Part shown: positions 28,723 through 37,170 of the stretch, one piece after another | Position numbering within the stretch: the stretch's first letter is position 1 | How the letters are laid out: every line of letters starts with the position of its first letter | Source of the DNA: Candidatus Solibacter sp. | GTDB lineage: Bacteria; Chloroflexota; Dormibacteria; DASZGP01 | DNA length: 64,000 nucleotides | Assembly: GCA_035569605.1 (NCBI GenBank) | Contig: DATMMS010000001.1 | Span: 91,521 to 155,520 of the forward strand | Direction of reading: 5' to 3' | Made by a program: the position numbers and the translations under genes | The notes under the pieces: model-generated | Seen by the model: the letters and a program-made list of their open reading frames with translations, nothing else | Databases searched by the model: none | Told to the model about the DNA's origin: nothing

Positions 28723-29640
28723 ATGCTCAAAAAGCCCGCCGTCGGGCTGGTTTTGGCCGCCGCCGTAGCCCTGGCAGCCTGCTCCACCGAGGACCTCCCC
28801 ATCGTTGGCCGGCCGGCCGCCTCGTTCGACGGTGGGAACATCAAGATGGCGGATTACCAGCTCCGTCTCAAGGTTCTCCAGGAGAACTACCGCAAGCAGA
28901 CCCAGTCCCAGGGCGAGCAGAAGTATCCGTCCCTGGACTCGCCCGCCGGCCGGCAGAACGAGACGGTGTTGGAGACCGAGGCGGTGCAGGACCTGGTCGA
29001 CGCGGTCCTGATCGAGCGCCAGGCCCAGCAGCGCGGGATCAGCGTGACCGAGGATGACATCAACAAGCAGGTCGACCCCTTCCGCACCAACTACAACACC
29101 CTGGCCGCGCAACAGACCCAGGCGGGCAAACCAACCCTCAGCTTCAACGACTACCTGAACAGCCTGGGCTACTCGCTGGACCAGCTGCGCCAGCAGGTTC
29201 GCAGCCGGGTCTTCGAGCAGCGGCTGGAGGACAGGATGGCGACGCAGCGGGAGGTGGGGGCGCTGGCGATGCTCAAACAGGGCACCGACATCGGGATCGT
29301 GGCCAAGAAGTACAGCGACGACACCAGCAGCGCGTCAACGGGGGGGAACCTAACCCTCAAATCCAAGGACCTGGCCAACGTGCCGACGCTCAAGCCGACC
29401 CTGGACGCCCTCCAACCGGGGCAGAGCTCAGCCGATTTCGTCCGCGTGGATGACGGCTTCTACTACTTCAAATTGGTCTCCCGCGACGCCGACAACACCA
29501 AGATGCAGTACGTCTACGTCTACGACCCCAAGCCCGCCCTCTACACCACCGCCAAACGTGAGAAGTGGTTCATCGACGCCATCACGACCTGGGAGCAGCA
29601 GGCCCACGTGAAGTACCACGTCGGCTCCCACGCCAGCTAG
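28723..29640 (+). CDS. PrsA/SurA-like peptidyl-prolyl isomerase lipoprotein
   Basis: Lipoprotein signal MLKKPAVGLVLAAAVALAAC. SurA-N-like helical region and a parvulin-like C-terminal part. Confidence 0.75.
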   Translation: MLKKPAVGLVLAAAVALAACSTEDLPIVGRPAASFDGGNIKMADYQLRLKVLQENYRKQTQSQGEQKYPSLDSPAGRQNETVLETEAVQDLVDAVLIERQAQQRGISVTEDDINKQVDPFRTNYNTLAAQQTQAGKPTLSFNDYLNSLGYSLDQLRQQVRSRVFEQRLEDRMATQREVGALAMLKQGTDIGIVAKKYSDDTSSASTGGNLTLKSKDLANVPTLKPTLDALQPGQSSADFVRVDDGFYYFKLVSRDADNTKMQYVYVYDPKPALYTTAKREKWFIDAITTWEQQAHVKYHVGSHAS

Positions 29641-29647
29641 GTAACCG

Positions 29648-30211
29648 GTGCGCTGCTTCGTGGCGCTGGGGCTGGAGGATGGGCCGGCGGCGGCGCTGGC
29701 CGGGTGGCTGGAGCAGGTTCGCCAGGACGTCGCCGAGCTCACCGTCACCCCGACCGAGAACCTCCACCTGACGCTGGCGTTCCTGGGCAAGCTCGACGAG
29801 GCCGCGGTGGCGGCCGCCGGCATCGCTGTGCGGCTGGCGGCGGCCGCCTCCGGCGAGTTCGAGGTGGGGTGGAGCGAGGGCGGCGTGTTCCCGTCGCGCT
29901 CGCGGCCGCGCGTGCTGTGGCTGGGCGTCGACGGGGGCGAACCGCTTCTGCGCGCACATCGCGCGCTGGCCGAGGCGCTGGCCGGCGCCGGACTGCCCGT
30001 CGAGGAGCGCACCTTCCGCCCGCACCTGACGCTGGCGCGCGTCCGACGCGGCGAGATCAGCCGGCAGCGTTACGCCGAGATCGTCGGGCGGCTGGCGACG
30101 CTGCCCGCGGTCGGGCCGTCAAGGGCGGTGTCGATGATTCTCTATGAGAGCCGGCTCGGCGGCGGTCCGGCGGTCCATGTGCCCCTGGTGGTGGAGAGGC
30201 TCGGCGGCTAG
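29648..30211 (+). CDS. thpR: RNA 2',3'-cyclic phosphodiesterase (2H family)
   Basis: Two HxTx motifs (HLTLAF and HLTLAR) at the spacing typical of LigT/ThpR. Confidence 0.85.
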   Translation: MRCFVALGLEDGPAAALAGWLEQVRQDVAELTVTPTENLHLTLAFLGKLDEAAVAAAGIAVRLAAAASGEFEVGWSEGGVFPSRSRPRVLWLGVDGGEPLLRAHRALAEALAGAGLPVEERTFRPHLTLARVRRGEISRQRYAEIVGRLATLPAVGPSRAVSMILYESRLGGGPAVHVPLVVERLGG

Positions 30212-30252
30212 GCCGCTCGGACCGCCTGGTCTGTATGATTTCCGTCTGCTGT

Positions 30253-30328
30253 GCGCCCGTAGCTCAGTGGATAGAGCGTCCGGCTACGGACCGGAAGGTC
30301 GCGCGTTCAAATCGTGCCGGGCGCGCCA
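30253..30328 (+). tRNA. tRNA-Arg (anticodon ACG), CCA encoded
   Basis: Cloverleaf folded by hand. Acceptor GCGCCCG/CGGGCGC, D arm GCTC/GAGC, anticodon stem TCCGG/CCGGA with loop CTACGGA, T arm GCGCG/CGTGC with TTCAAAT, discriminator G, then CCA. Confidence 0.9.
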
Positions 30329-30335
30329 CAATCCG

Positions 30336-30797
30336 TCAGCCCACGATCTCCGCGTGATCGCTTGGCTCGCCGCCACGCAGCTCCTCGATCAGCCGGTCGT
30401 GGGTGCGTTGCCTGTGGCAGTTGGCGCAGACGACCTCACATTTCTGAGTTTCCGCGATGAGAAGTGCATGTCGGCGGCCGCGGAGGTTTGTGCTCACGCT
30501 AAAGAGCTTGTCCCCGCGCACGTGATCGAACTCCATTACCCACGAGCGATATCGCCTGCCGCAGTCGGTACAGGGCACGTCCTTCAGCTCCCGGATCAAC
30601 GCCTTGCTGACTTTCAGATGCAGAGCGTTGCTGATTCGCGCCTTCGCAAGGTAGTAGTCGCGATTGCGCTGGTAGTGATCCCGCAAATACGCCCGCTGGC
30701 ACTCAAAGCACCAACCATGCCGTCCGTCCTTGCGGCTGCGGTTGATCGGAAACTGTTCGAGCAATTTCGACAGGCCGCACCTTGTGCAGCGTTTCAT
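30336..30797 (-). CDS. HNH endonuclease (phage/homing type) with an N-terminal Cys4 element
   Basis: HNH core EFDHVRGDK...CANCHRQRTH. N-terminal CTRCG...CFEC. Visibly lower GC and atypical codons compared with the flanks. The stop lies 8 nt from the tRNA 3' end. Confidence 0.8.
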   Translation of the reverse strand: MKRCTRCGLSKLLEQFPINRSRKDGRHGWCFECQRAYLRDHYQRNRDYYLAKARISNALHLKVSKALIRELKDVPCTDCGRRYRSWVMEFDHVRGDKLFSVSTNLRGRRHALLIAETQKCEVVCANCHRQRTHDRLIEELRGGEPSDHAEIVG

Positions 30798-30800
30798 CAC

Positions 30801-30825
30801 TTAATTGTAGTAGAACAGGCGTTCG
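30801..30825 (-). promoter_or_regulatory. Leaderless-type promoter (-10 TACAAT) with an abutting Cheo/LexA-like box CGAAC-N4-GTTCT
   Basis: The minus strand reads CGAACGCCTGTTCT-AC-TACAAT-TAAGTG-ATG. GAAC/GTTC sit at 30813-30824, the -10 at 30804-30809, and the ATG at 30797. Confidence 0.4.
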
Positions 30826-30911
30826 TATGTCAGAGCATCGCAGCCGCGGATCTCGAGCCTGCCGGCGCGGACCGCCTGGTGGCGATGCTGCTGAGGTTCC
30901 CCAGCGGGCAG

Positions 30912-31478
30912 CTAACCGCCTACCGGCGCGCCGATCTCGGTGGTGTCGGCGAGCCGGAGCCAGGCCAGCGCTGCGACAAGCCCCGCGCAGCCCATGTAGA
31001 TGGCCAGGGTCCAGGCCGAGCCGGTATCGGTTCCGGTGGCGATGCCGTGGATCAGCGCCATCGGGAAGACGGCGTAGGTCAGGTAGTGGAGGGCGCGCCA
31101 GGCGCGATAGCCGATCCATCGACGTAGGTATGCCGTGGCCCAGAGGACGAGCGCCAGTTCAGCAGCGGCGATCCCCAGGCCCATCGAGATCGGGCGGTAT
31201 TTCGAAGCCAGCGGGATGAGCACATCCGAGGCGCTGAAGCTTGTGAACGGATCGAGCCAGATGGTGACCACGTGGACGGCGAGGAAGATGAGAAAGACCA
31301 GCGAGACGAACTGGTGCAGCTCATCGGTCACAAACAGGGGCCAGCGGGGCGAGCGGCCGCGGCGACTGACCACGATTCCGAGCCCGACCGACGTGGTCAG
31401 CAGCATCAGGGTCACAAACCCCGCCGCCCGTCCGAAGTACCACAGCGGGCTGGGCGGCGCGACGAGCGCCAGCGTCAA
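30912..31478 (-). CDS. Ferric-reductase-like (YedZ/MsrQ-type) di-heme transmembrane protein
   Basis: 6 TM helices with four conserved-looking His (ELHQF, AVHVV, ALHYL, LIHGI). Overlaps the apbE stop. Confidence 0.7.
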   Translation of the reverse strand: MTLALVAPPSPLWYFGRAAGFVTLMLLTTSVGLGIVVSRRGRSPRWPLFVTDELHQFVSLVFLIFLAVHVVTIWLDPFTSFSASDVLIPLASKYRPISMGLGIAAAELALVLWATAYLRRWIGYRAWRALHYLTYAVFPMALIHGIATGTDTGSAWTLAIYMGCAGLVAALAWLRLADTTEIGAPVGG

Positions 31479-32479
31479 GCGCGTTCGGGGTTCGCCTGGG
31501 CCGGCTGCAACACCGGCGCCATCGCGGGCCGGCCAACCGTCGTCACCGAGCCGTCCTCGGCCACCAGCCGGGCCTCAGCCCCGATAGAGCGGAGCCATCC
31601 CGGAGCTTCAGCCCCCAGGAGCCACGCGGCCGTAGCCGCGGTGTCCGCGACCAGGCACTGGCTGGCCATCACAGTCACCAGCCGCCAGCAGCTGTGCCCC
31701 GGCTCACCGGTGCGCGGGTCGATGATGTGATGTGCCTCGCGGTCGCCCATCGTCCACCGACGGCGAAGCGCGCCGCTGGTGGCGACGGCGCCCGAGCGCA
31801 GCGTCATCCAGCTGTCCTCCGGCATCGGCCGCGCGTCCAGCGTCTCCGCCAGCCGCACCGGCCATCCACCCTCCGGTGGCGGTCCGGCAACGGCCATGTC
31901 GCCGCCGGCGCTGATGCAGATGCCCACCGACGGCGCCGCGGCGCCCAACTCGACCCAGCACAGGTCGAGCGCCGCGTCCACGCTCCAACCCTTGGCGCTG
32001 CCTCCAAGGTCGAGACTGACACCGCGCGGGAGCCGGATGGTTCCGGCTTCGCGGTCGATCCTCACCTCCGGCCAGCGACCGGCGGGCGCGGGCCGGCGCG
32101 CACCATCGGACCGCACCCGCGGCATGGTGTCGAACGGCTGGTCATACCCGGCGGCGACAAGCGCCCGGCCAACGCTGGGGTCGTACAGCCCGTTGGTGAG
32201 CCTGGCCATCGCCAGCGATGCTTCGACGGCGTCGATCAGGATCGGCGCGACCTCGACCGCGGCGCCGCCGGCTCGGTTGAGGCGGCTGAGGTCGCTGTCG
32301 TCGCGGAAGCGGCTGCCGGCGCGATCGACCGCGTCGATCCAGGCTCGCACCACCCAGTCCACTCGCTCGAGCTGCGTCGCGTCCGTGACCCAGAAGGACA
32401 GCGTCGATCCGAATGCGGGCAACGACCTGCCGGCGACCGTGACCGGCAGCCGGGTGTCGGCTGAGCTGACCAGGGTCAC
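31475..32479 (-). CDS. apbE: FAD:protein FMN transferase (ApbE family)
   Basis: ApbE hallmarks AFGSTLSF, DLGGSAKGW, SAGGD, HHIIDPRTG. No obvious signal peptide or lipobox. Confidence 0.9.
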   Translation of the reverse strand: MTLVSSADTRLPVTVAGRSLPAFGSTLSFWVTDATQLERVDWVVRAWIDAVDRAGSRFRDDSDLSRLNRAGGAAVEVAPILIDAVEASLAMARLTNGLYDPSVGRALVAAGYDQPFDTMPRVRSDGARRPAPAGRWPEVRIDREAGTIRLPRGVSLDLGGSAKGWSVDAALDLCWVELGAAAPSVGICISAGGDMAVAGPPPEGGWPVRLAETLDARPMPEDSWMTLRSGAVATSGALRRRWTMGDREAHHIIDPRTGEPGHSCWRLVTVMASQCLVADTAATAAWLLGAEAPGWLRSIGAEARLVAEDGSVTTVGRPAMAPVLQPAQANPERA

Positions 32480-32823
32480 GACTGGCCCGAGACGATGCCG
32501 GGGGCGGGGTTGATCGGGCCTTGCCCGCCACCAGGGTTGACGTTGCCGCCCGAGGCGTCTGGGTTGCCGCCGTTGTCGCCGGGGACAGCGTCTCCGTTCT
32601 GGGTGCCGCCGGCCGGCTGTGCCTGTCCCGATGACTGCGCGGCGGGACCGCCCGATGCGCTGGCGCCGACCTGGCCGGCGATTCCAGCTGTGAGGACGCC
32701 GAAGGTGAGGACCCCCGCGCCCAGCGTGCCTGCCTTGAGCAGTGTCAGGCGGCGCCGGGCTGCCGCCAGGGTGGCCGCCCGGTTGCCCGGGATCAAGGGG
32801 TCACGGGATACGTCCGGCGCCAT
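32476..32823 (-). CDS. Small TAT-signal-like membrane/secreted low-complexity (Gly/Gln/Pro/Asn) protein
   Basis: AARRRLTLLKAG twin-Arg-like motif followed by a hydrophobic helix, then low-complexity sequence. GTGA overlap with apbE. I chose the internal Met because the longer ORF would run into msrA. Confidence 0.45.
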   Translation of the reverse strand: MAPDVSRDPLIPGNRAATLAAARRRLTLLKAGTLGAGVLTFGVLTAGIAGQVGASASGGPAAQSSGQAQPAGGTQNGDAVPGDNGGNPDASGGNVNPGGGQGPINPAPGIVSGQS

Positions 32824-32916
32824 CGCCCAATCGTTGCAATCGAATGTTGGAGACGCCTGAAACAAATCTGAGAGTTTCCTCAGAATCGCTGCCCTGCCGG
32901 CGGAATGTGAGCCGTA

Positions 32917-33504
32917 TTGGGGGCGTTCATGATGGAGCACGCGCCGACTACGATGGTCTGCAGGCGCGGCAGGTCCATTTGGAGAATTGATTTGGAAAAG
33001 GCGACATTTGCGGCGGGTTGTTTCTGGGGCGTTGAGGCGGAGTTCCGCAACATCGATGGCGTCACCGCGACCGCGGTCGGATACACCGGGGGCCACACGT
33101 CGGAGCCCACCTATCGTGACGTCTGCGGCCACGGCACAGGCCACGCCGAGGCGGTCAGGGTGGAGTTCGACCCGGCGCGAGTCTCATACGAGCAGCTGCT
33201 GAACGACTTCTGGAAGCTCCATGATCCGACCCAGCTCAACCGCCAGGGCCCTGACGTCGGAGACCAGTACCGGTCCGCGATCTTCGTTCACAGCCCGGAG
33301 CAGGAGGAGGCCGCCAAGCGCTCCCGCGACGCCGCCCAATCCGGCTTCAAGCGCCCGATAGTGACCGAGATCACACCGGCGTCCCGGTTCTGGATGGCCG
33401 AGGAGTATCACCAGCGGTACTTCGAGAAGAACGGCGTCTCGAGCTGCCGAATCCCCAACATGGGCACTGCCACGGTAGCCGCGGAGGCGGAGGCGGCCGG
33501 CTAA
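32917..33504 (+). CDS. msrA: Peptide-methionine (S)-S-oxide reductase
   Basis: GCFWGVE active-site motif and GYTGG, YHQ(R)YF. The exact start is uncertain and may lie a few codons downstream. Confidence 0.9.
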   Translation: MGAFMMEHAPTTMVCRRGRSIWRIDLEKATFAAGCFWGVEAEFRNIDGVTATAVGYTGGHTSEPTYRDVCGHGTGHAEAVRVEFDPARVSYEQLLNDFWKLHDPTQLNRQGPDVGDQYRSAIFVHSPEQEEAAKRSRDAAQSGFKRPIVTEITPASRFWMAEEYHQRYFEKNGVSSCRIPNMGTATVAAEAEAAG

Positions 33505-33506
33505 GG

Positions 33507-33522
33507 GCCGCCCGCCGGCGGC
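33507..33522. terminator. GC hairpin between convergent msrA and hydrolase genes (possible bidirectional terminator)
   Basis: GCCGCC-CGCC-GGCGGC, a 6-bp stem. No clear U-tract. Confidence 0.25.
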
Positions 33523-33527
33523 TGCTG

Positions 33528-34439
33528 CTAGCGCGCGGCCGCCGCCCGGCTACCCAAACGGCGACCTGCGGGGCGCCCGCCCCGGACGATTCTCCGGCCG
33601 GCGGGTCGCGTCGCTCGCGGGGTCTTGGCAGGCCTTTCGCCGCCGCTCCAGACCTCGTCCAGCCAGTCCGCGATCAAGGGCGTGAGGCGCTCCGGCCGGG
33701 TACGCAGCTCGAAAATGGACGACGCCTGCAGCAGGGTGGCATTGGGGAGCTCGCGGCTGAGGCTGTCGGCGTCCGAGAACGGATGAAGGGGATCGCGCGG
33801 GTGCCCAATCACCAGCGCCGGAGCCGTGAAGGTCTGTCGCAGGCGGGCGGGCGGCGCGGTGCGGCCGTAGACCAGGCCCTGAAGCACCGAAGCGCTGGCG
33901 TTATGGTCCTGGGCCAGGGCCTCAACCACGATCTGGCCGAACAAAGGCAGCCCTCGCCGTGGGACGCGGCGCCAGAACGCCGAGACCGCCCGGACCACCG
34001 GCTTGGCCAGCACCATGATCTCCAGCAGCGGCGCGAAGATCATGACCGCGGCAACCACCCCATGCTCGAGCACCGGCATCTCGATCATCAGGCCCTGCAG
34101 CCGGTCGGGCGCCAGCGCCGCGAACTCGAGCGCCACGTTGGCTCCCAGCGAGGTGCCCGCGACGACCGCCTTGTCGATCTCCAGGTGGTCGAGCAACGCC
34201 AGCACCTGCTCGGCGTACTGCCCCATCGAGTACAGCGACATGTCGTCGGGCCGATCCGACTGTCCATGCCCCAGCAGGTCGAGCGTGATCACGCGCTGGC
34301 GCTGGTCGGCAAGGCTCTTGGCGAGGGACTGCTGCATCGTCTGCGACAGCAGCTGCCCGTGGAGCAGCACCATCGGTCGTTCGCCCCGGCCGTAGATTGT
34401 GTAGGCCAGCCGGTGGCCCTCGAAGTCGAATTGAGGCAT
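33528..34439 (-). CDS. Alpha/beta-fold hydrolase
   Basis: HG oxyanion motif (LLHGQ), nucleophile elbow GTSLG, C-terminal His. ATG at 34439 has a TAACCT hexamer 6 nt upstream. The track start at 34445 is a TTG. Confidence 0.85.
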   Translation of the reverse strand: MPQFDFEGHRLAYTIYGRGERPMVLLHGQLLSQTMQQSLAKSLADQRQRVITLDLLGHGQSDRPDDMSLYSMGQYAEQVLALLDHLEIDKAVVAGTSLGANVALEFAALAPDRLQGLMIEMPVLEHGVVAAVMIFAPLLEIMVLAKPVVRAVSAFWRRVPRRGLPLFGQIVVEALAQDHNASASVLQGLVYGRTAPPARLRQTFTAPALVIGHPRDPLHPFSDADSLSRELPNATLLQASSIFELRTRPERLTPLIADWLDEVWSGGERPAKTPRATRPAGRRIVRGGRPAGRRLGSRAAAAR

Positions 34440-34474
34440 CGGCAAAGGTTAAGCCATGGTTGAGGTTGGAAGCG

Positions 34475-35278
34475 ATGCCTGAGATGCCGGAGCTGGAGGT
34501 GCTCAGTGAGTACCTGGGCCCGCGCCTTGCCGGCCAGGAGATCCGCAAGGTCACGGTTTCGCCCAAGTTCGGCTTCCTGCTGCGCACCCCGCCGGCGGAC
34601 CTGGCCCGCGCTCTGGAGGGATCCCGGATCGAGCGCATCTGGCGGCGAGGCAAGTTCCTGGTCCTCGACGTCGACAGCAAGATGCTGGTCATCAACCCGA
34701 TGCTCGGTGGCCGGCTCCATTGGTCGGGCTCTGGCGGCAAGCCGCCGCCGGCAACGATCATGTCGATGGACCTCTCCGGTGGCGAGACCCTGCGGCTGAC
34801 GGATTTCGCCCGCATGGCTCGCGTCTACCTGGTGGACCAAGGCGAATTGGACTCGGTCCCGGGATGGGCCGAGCTGGGCCCTGAGGCCGACTCGGTGACG
34901 CTGGAGGACTTCCGGGCGCGCATCAGACGTCACCCCGGCGAGCTGAAGAACCTGCTCCGCAACCAGGCCTTCGTTGCGGGCGTGGGCAACGCCTACTCCG
35001 ACGAGATCCTCCACGAGGCCCAGATGCTGCCGCTGCGGAAACGATCGACGCTTTCGCCCGAGGATGTCGACAGCCTCCACGAGGCCACCACCTCGGTTCT
35101 CGCCGACGCGGTCGCGAAAATCCGTGCGCAGCCTGACTACGAGCCGCACAAGCAGGACCGCAGCTTCATGAAAGTCCACCTGCGAGGGGGCGAGGCGTGC
35201 CCGCGCTGCGGCCACAGGATCGCCGAGATCAAGGCCCGCGGCGAGGTCTTCAACTACTGCCGGGGCTGCCAGAAGTAG
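34475..35278 (+). CDS. Fpg/Nei-family DNA glycosylase/AP lyase
   Basis: N-terminal MPEMPELEV contains the MPELPEVE-like catalytic Pro. H2TH region NLLRNQAFVAGVGNAYSDEILH. C-terminal zinc finger CPRCG...CRGC. The start may instead be the ATG at 34484. Confidence 0.85.
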   Translation: MPEMPELEVLSEYLGPRLAGQEIRKVTVSPKFGFLLRTPPADLARALEGSRIERIWRRGKFLVLDVDSKMLVINPMLGGRLHWSGSGGKPPPATIMSMDLSGGETLRLTDFARMARVYLVDQGELDSVPGWAELGPEADSVTLEDFRARIRRHPGELKNLLRNQAFVAGVGNAYSDEILHEAQMLPLRKRSTLSPEDVDSLHEATTSVLADAVAKIRAQPDYEPHKQDRSFMKVHLRGGEACPRCGHRIAEIKARGEVFNYCRGCQK

Positions 35279-35313
35279 AGCCCAGCCTCTGGCCCCCAGT
35301 GCCCGGTCAATAG

Positions 35314-35338
35314 CGAACATACGTTCTATACTGGCGGG
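35314..35338 (+). promoter_or_regulatory. Cheo/LexA-like box CGAACATACGTTCT overlapping a -10 (TATACT) of a leaderless-type promoter
   Basis: GAAC 35315-18, N4 ATAC, GTTC 35323-26. TATACT at 35327-35332 lies 6 nt upstream of the GTG at 35339. Confidence 0.5.
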
Positions 35339-36367
35339 GTGAGCCAGCCTCAGCTCTTCTCGCGCCCGCGAGCTTCAGTGGTCGAGCAGGCCCAGCTCTT
35401 CGAGCTCCGCCGCAGCACCTTCGACACCCCCGAACTGCGTGGCCTGGAATTCATCGAAGTGGAGGCCAAGACGGTGCTGAACCACTTGCCCGGGAACCGG
35501 CTGCCGTTCCGGTGGACGATCAACCCTTACCGAGGCTGCTCCCACGCCTGCGTTTACTGCTTCGCGCGCGCCACGCACGCCTTCCTGGGGATGAACCCGG
35601 GCCGCGATTTCGAAACCCGAATCGTGGTCAAGGTCAACGTCGCCGAAGTGCTTCGCGCGCAGCTGGCGCGCAAGAGCTGGAAAGGGGAGCACGTCGCGAT
35701 GGGCACCAACACCGACCCCTACCAGGCGGCCGAGGGCCGTTACCGGCTGATGCCGGGGATACTCGGGGCGCTCAGAGACTCCCGCAACCCGTTCTCGATC
35801 CTCACCAAGGGCACCATGATCCTGCGCGACCTTCCGCTGCTGGTCGAGGCCTCCGAGGTCGCCGAGGTGCACACCTCGCTCTCGATCGGCACCATCGACG
35901 AGGCGGCCTGGCGAGCCACCGAGCCGGGGACGCCGGCGCCCCGCAAACGGCTCGAGGCGGTGCGCCGTCTCAACGACGCCGGCATCCCCTGCGGGGTTCT
36001 GATGGCGCCGATCCTGCCGGGTATCACCGACGATCCCGAGCTGCTGCGCAAAACCGCCGCGGCGGCGGTGGAGGCCGGGGCGACCCACGTCTACCCGATC
36101 CTTCTTCACCTGCGACCGGGCGTGAAGGAGGAGTTCCTGGGTTGGCTGGATCGCGAGTATCCCCAGCTGGCGCCGCGCTACAACTCGCTCTACCACGACC
36201 GGGCCTATGCCCCGCGCTTCGCTCAGGAGGAGCTGACCAAAAAGATGGCGGCGATCCTGGCCGACCTGCCGGCGCCTCGGCCGACGGCGGACCGGTTCGC
36301 ACGGCGCTGGACAGCGCCCGAGGCCGAGTCAGCGCCGGCGCCTGCGGAGCAGCTTTCGCTGGTCTAG
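35339..36367 (+). CDS. Radical SAM protein, SplB/Rv2578c-like (DNA-repair photolyase-like)
   Basis: CSHACVYC (CxxxCxxC) cluster motif after INPYRGC. Size and layout fit the Rv2578c-like family. Confidence 0.85.
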   Translation: MSQPQLFSRPRASVVEQAQLFELRRSTFDTPELRGLEFIEVEAKTVLNHLPGNRLPFRWTINPYRGCSHACVYCFARATHAFLGMNPGRDFETRIVVKVNVAEVLRAQLARKSWKGEHVAMGTNTDPYQAAEGRYRLMPGILGALRDSRNPFSILTKGTMILRDLPLLVEASEVAEVHTSLSIGTIDEAAWRATEPGTPAPRKRLEAVRRLNDAGIPCGVLMAPILPGITDDPELLRKTAAAAVEAGATHVYPILLHLRPGVKEEFLGWLDREYPQLAPRYNSLYHDRAYAPRFAQEELTKKMAAILADLPAPRPTADRFARRWTAPEAESAPAPAEQLSLV

Positions 36368-36382
36368 GTCTAGGATCACTGG

Positions 36383-36784
36383 ATGCGATCGACCGCGGAA
36401 CCGGACACATCCCGGCCAGGCTCCGGGGCACTCCTGGCATACCTGACCGCCGCGTCGCTTCTGGGCGCCGCCGACACCGCGGTCTTCATCGCCACCGACC
36501 CCGGGACGGCACTAAAGACAGGCGGTCGGGCCACGGGCTCGCTCGCTGGTCTGGCGGTCTGGCTGCTGCTGCTGGCGGTTTCGGGCCGACGGCTGGCCGG
36601 CGGCGACAGCCCCCGGCTCGCTACCGCCGGCCTGGGTCTGGCCGCGGTGGCCGCGCTTGACGGCGTCGGTTTGGCGGTGATCCACGTCGCCGCCGGGGTC
36701 GGGGGGCCACGCATCATGGTTGGGGCGGGCGCCGGCATCGCGGTGCTGGCTTTGGCGGTGATTGCCCGATCGGCCGGCGACTGA
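36383..36784 (+). CDS. Small membrane protein, unknown function
   Basis: 4 predicted hydrophobic helices. The stop overlaps the cupin ATG. Confidence 0.5.
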   Translation: MRSTAEPDTSRPGSGALLAYLTAASLLGAADTAVFIATDPGTALKTGGRATGSLAGLAVWLLLLAVSGRRLAGGDSPRLATAGLGLAAVAALDGVGLAVIHVAAGVGGPRIMVGAGAGIAVLALAVIARSAGD

Positions 36785-37158
36785 TGGGCGCCTTCTCGGA
36801 CTTCAACTCGCAGCGCCTGCTCAAGGTCTGGCCCGGGGTGGTGGCCCGGCCGATCGTCGGCGAGCGGATGACGATGGCGCTGGTCGAGCTCGAGCCCGAC
36901 CGTCCAGTCGCCGAGCACCACCATGAAAACGAGCAGCTCGGTTTCGTGGTCCAGGGCGGGATGCAGATGAAGATCGGCGACGAGACGCGAGACCTGGTGG
37001 CGGGCGACACCTACACCATCCCCAGCGACCTGCCCCACTCGGTGGTACGCACCGGGCCGCAGGGATGCGTGGTGATCGACGTCTTTGCCCCGGTTCGCGC
37101 CGACTGGGATGCCGTCGAGCGAGGCGAGCCGAGCCCCGGGAGCTGGCCGCCGAAGTAG
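36784..37158 (+). CDS. Cupin domain protein
   Basis: Cupin motifs (HHHENEQLGFVVQG ... GDTYTIPSDLPH). Confidence 0.8.
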   Translation: MGAFSDFNSQRLLKVWPGVVARPIVGERMTMALVELEPDRPVAEHHHENEQLGFVVQGGMQMKIGDETRDLVAGDTYTIPSDLPHSVVRTGPQGCVVIDVFAPVRADWDAVERGEPSPGSWPPK

Positions 37159-37170
37159 AGGCATGAGGGG

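Noticed and set aside
30253-30911. Integrated prophage or genomic island at tRNA-Arg.
   Set aside because: I could find no integrase, recombinase or direct repeat of the tRNA 3' end. Only the single HNH gene has atypical composition. It is reported as a finding, not as a mobile element.
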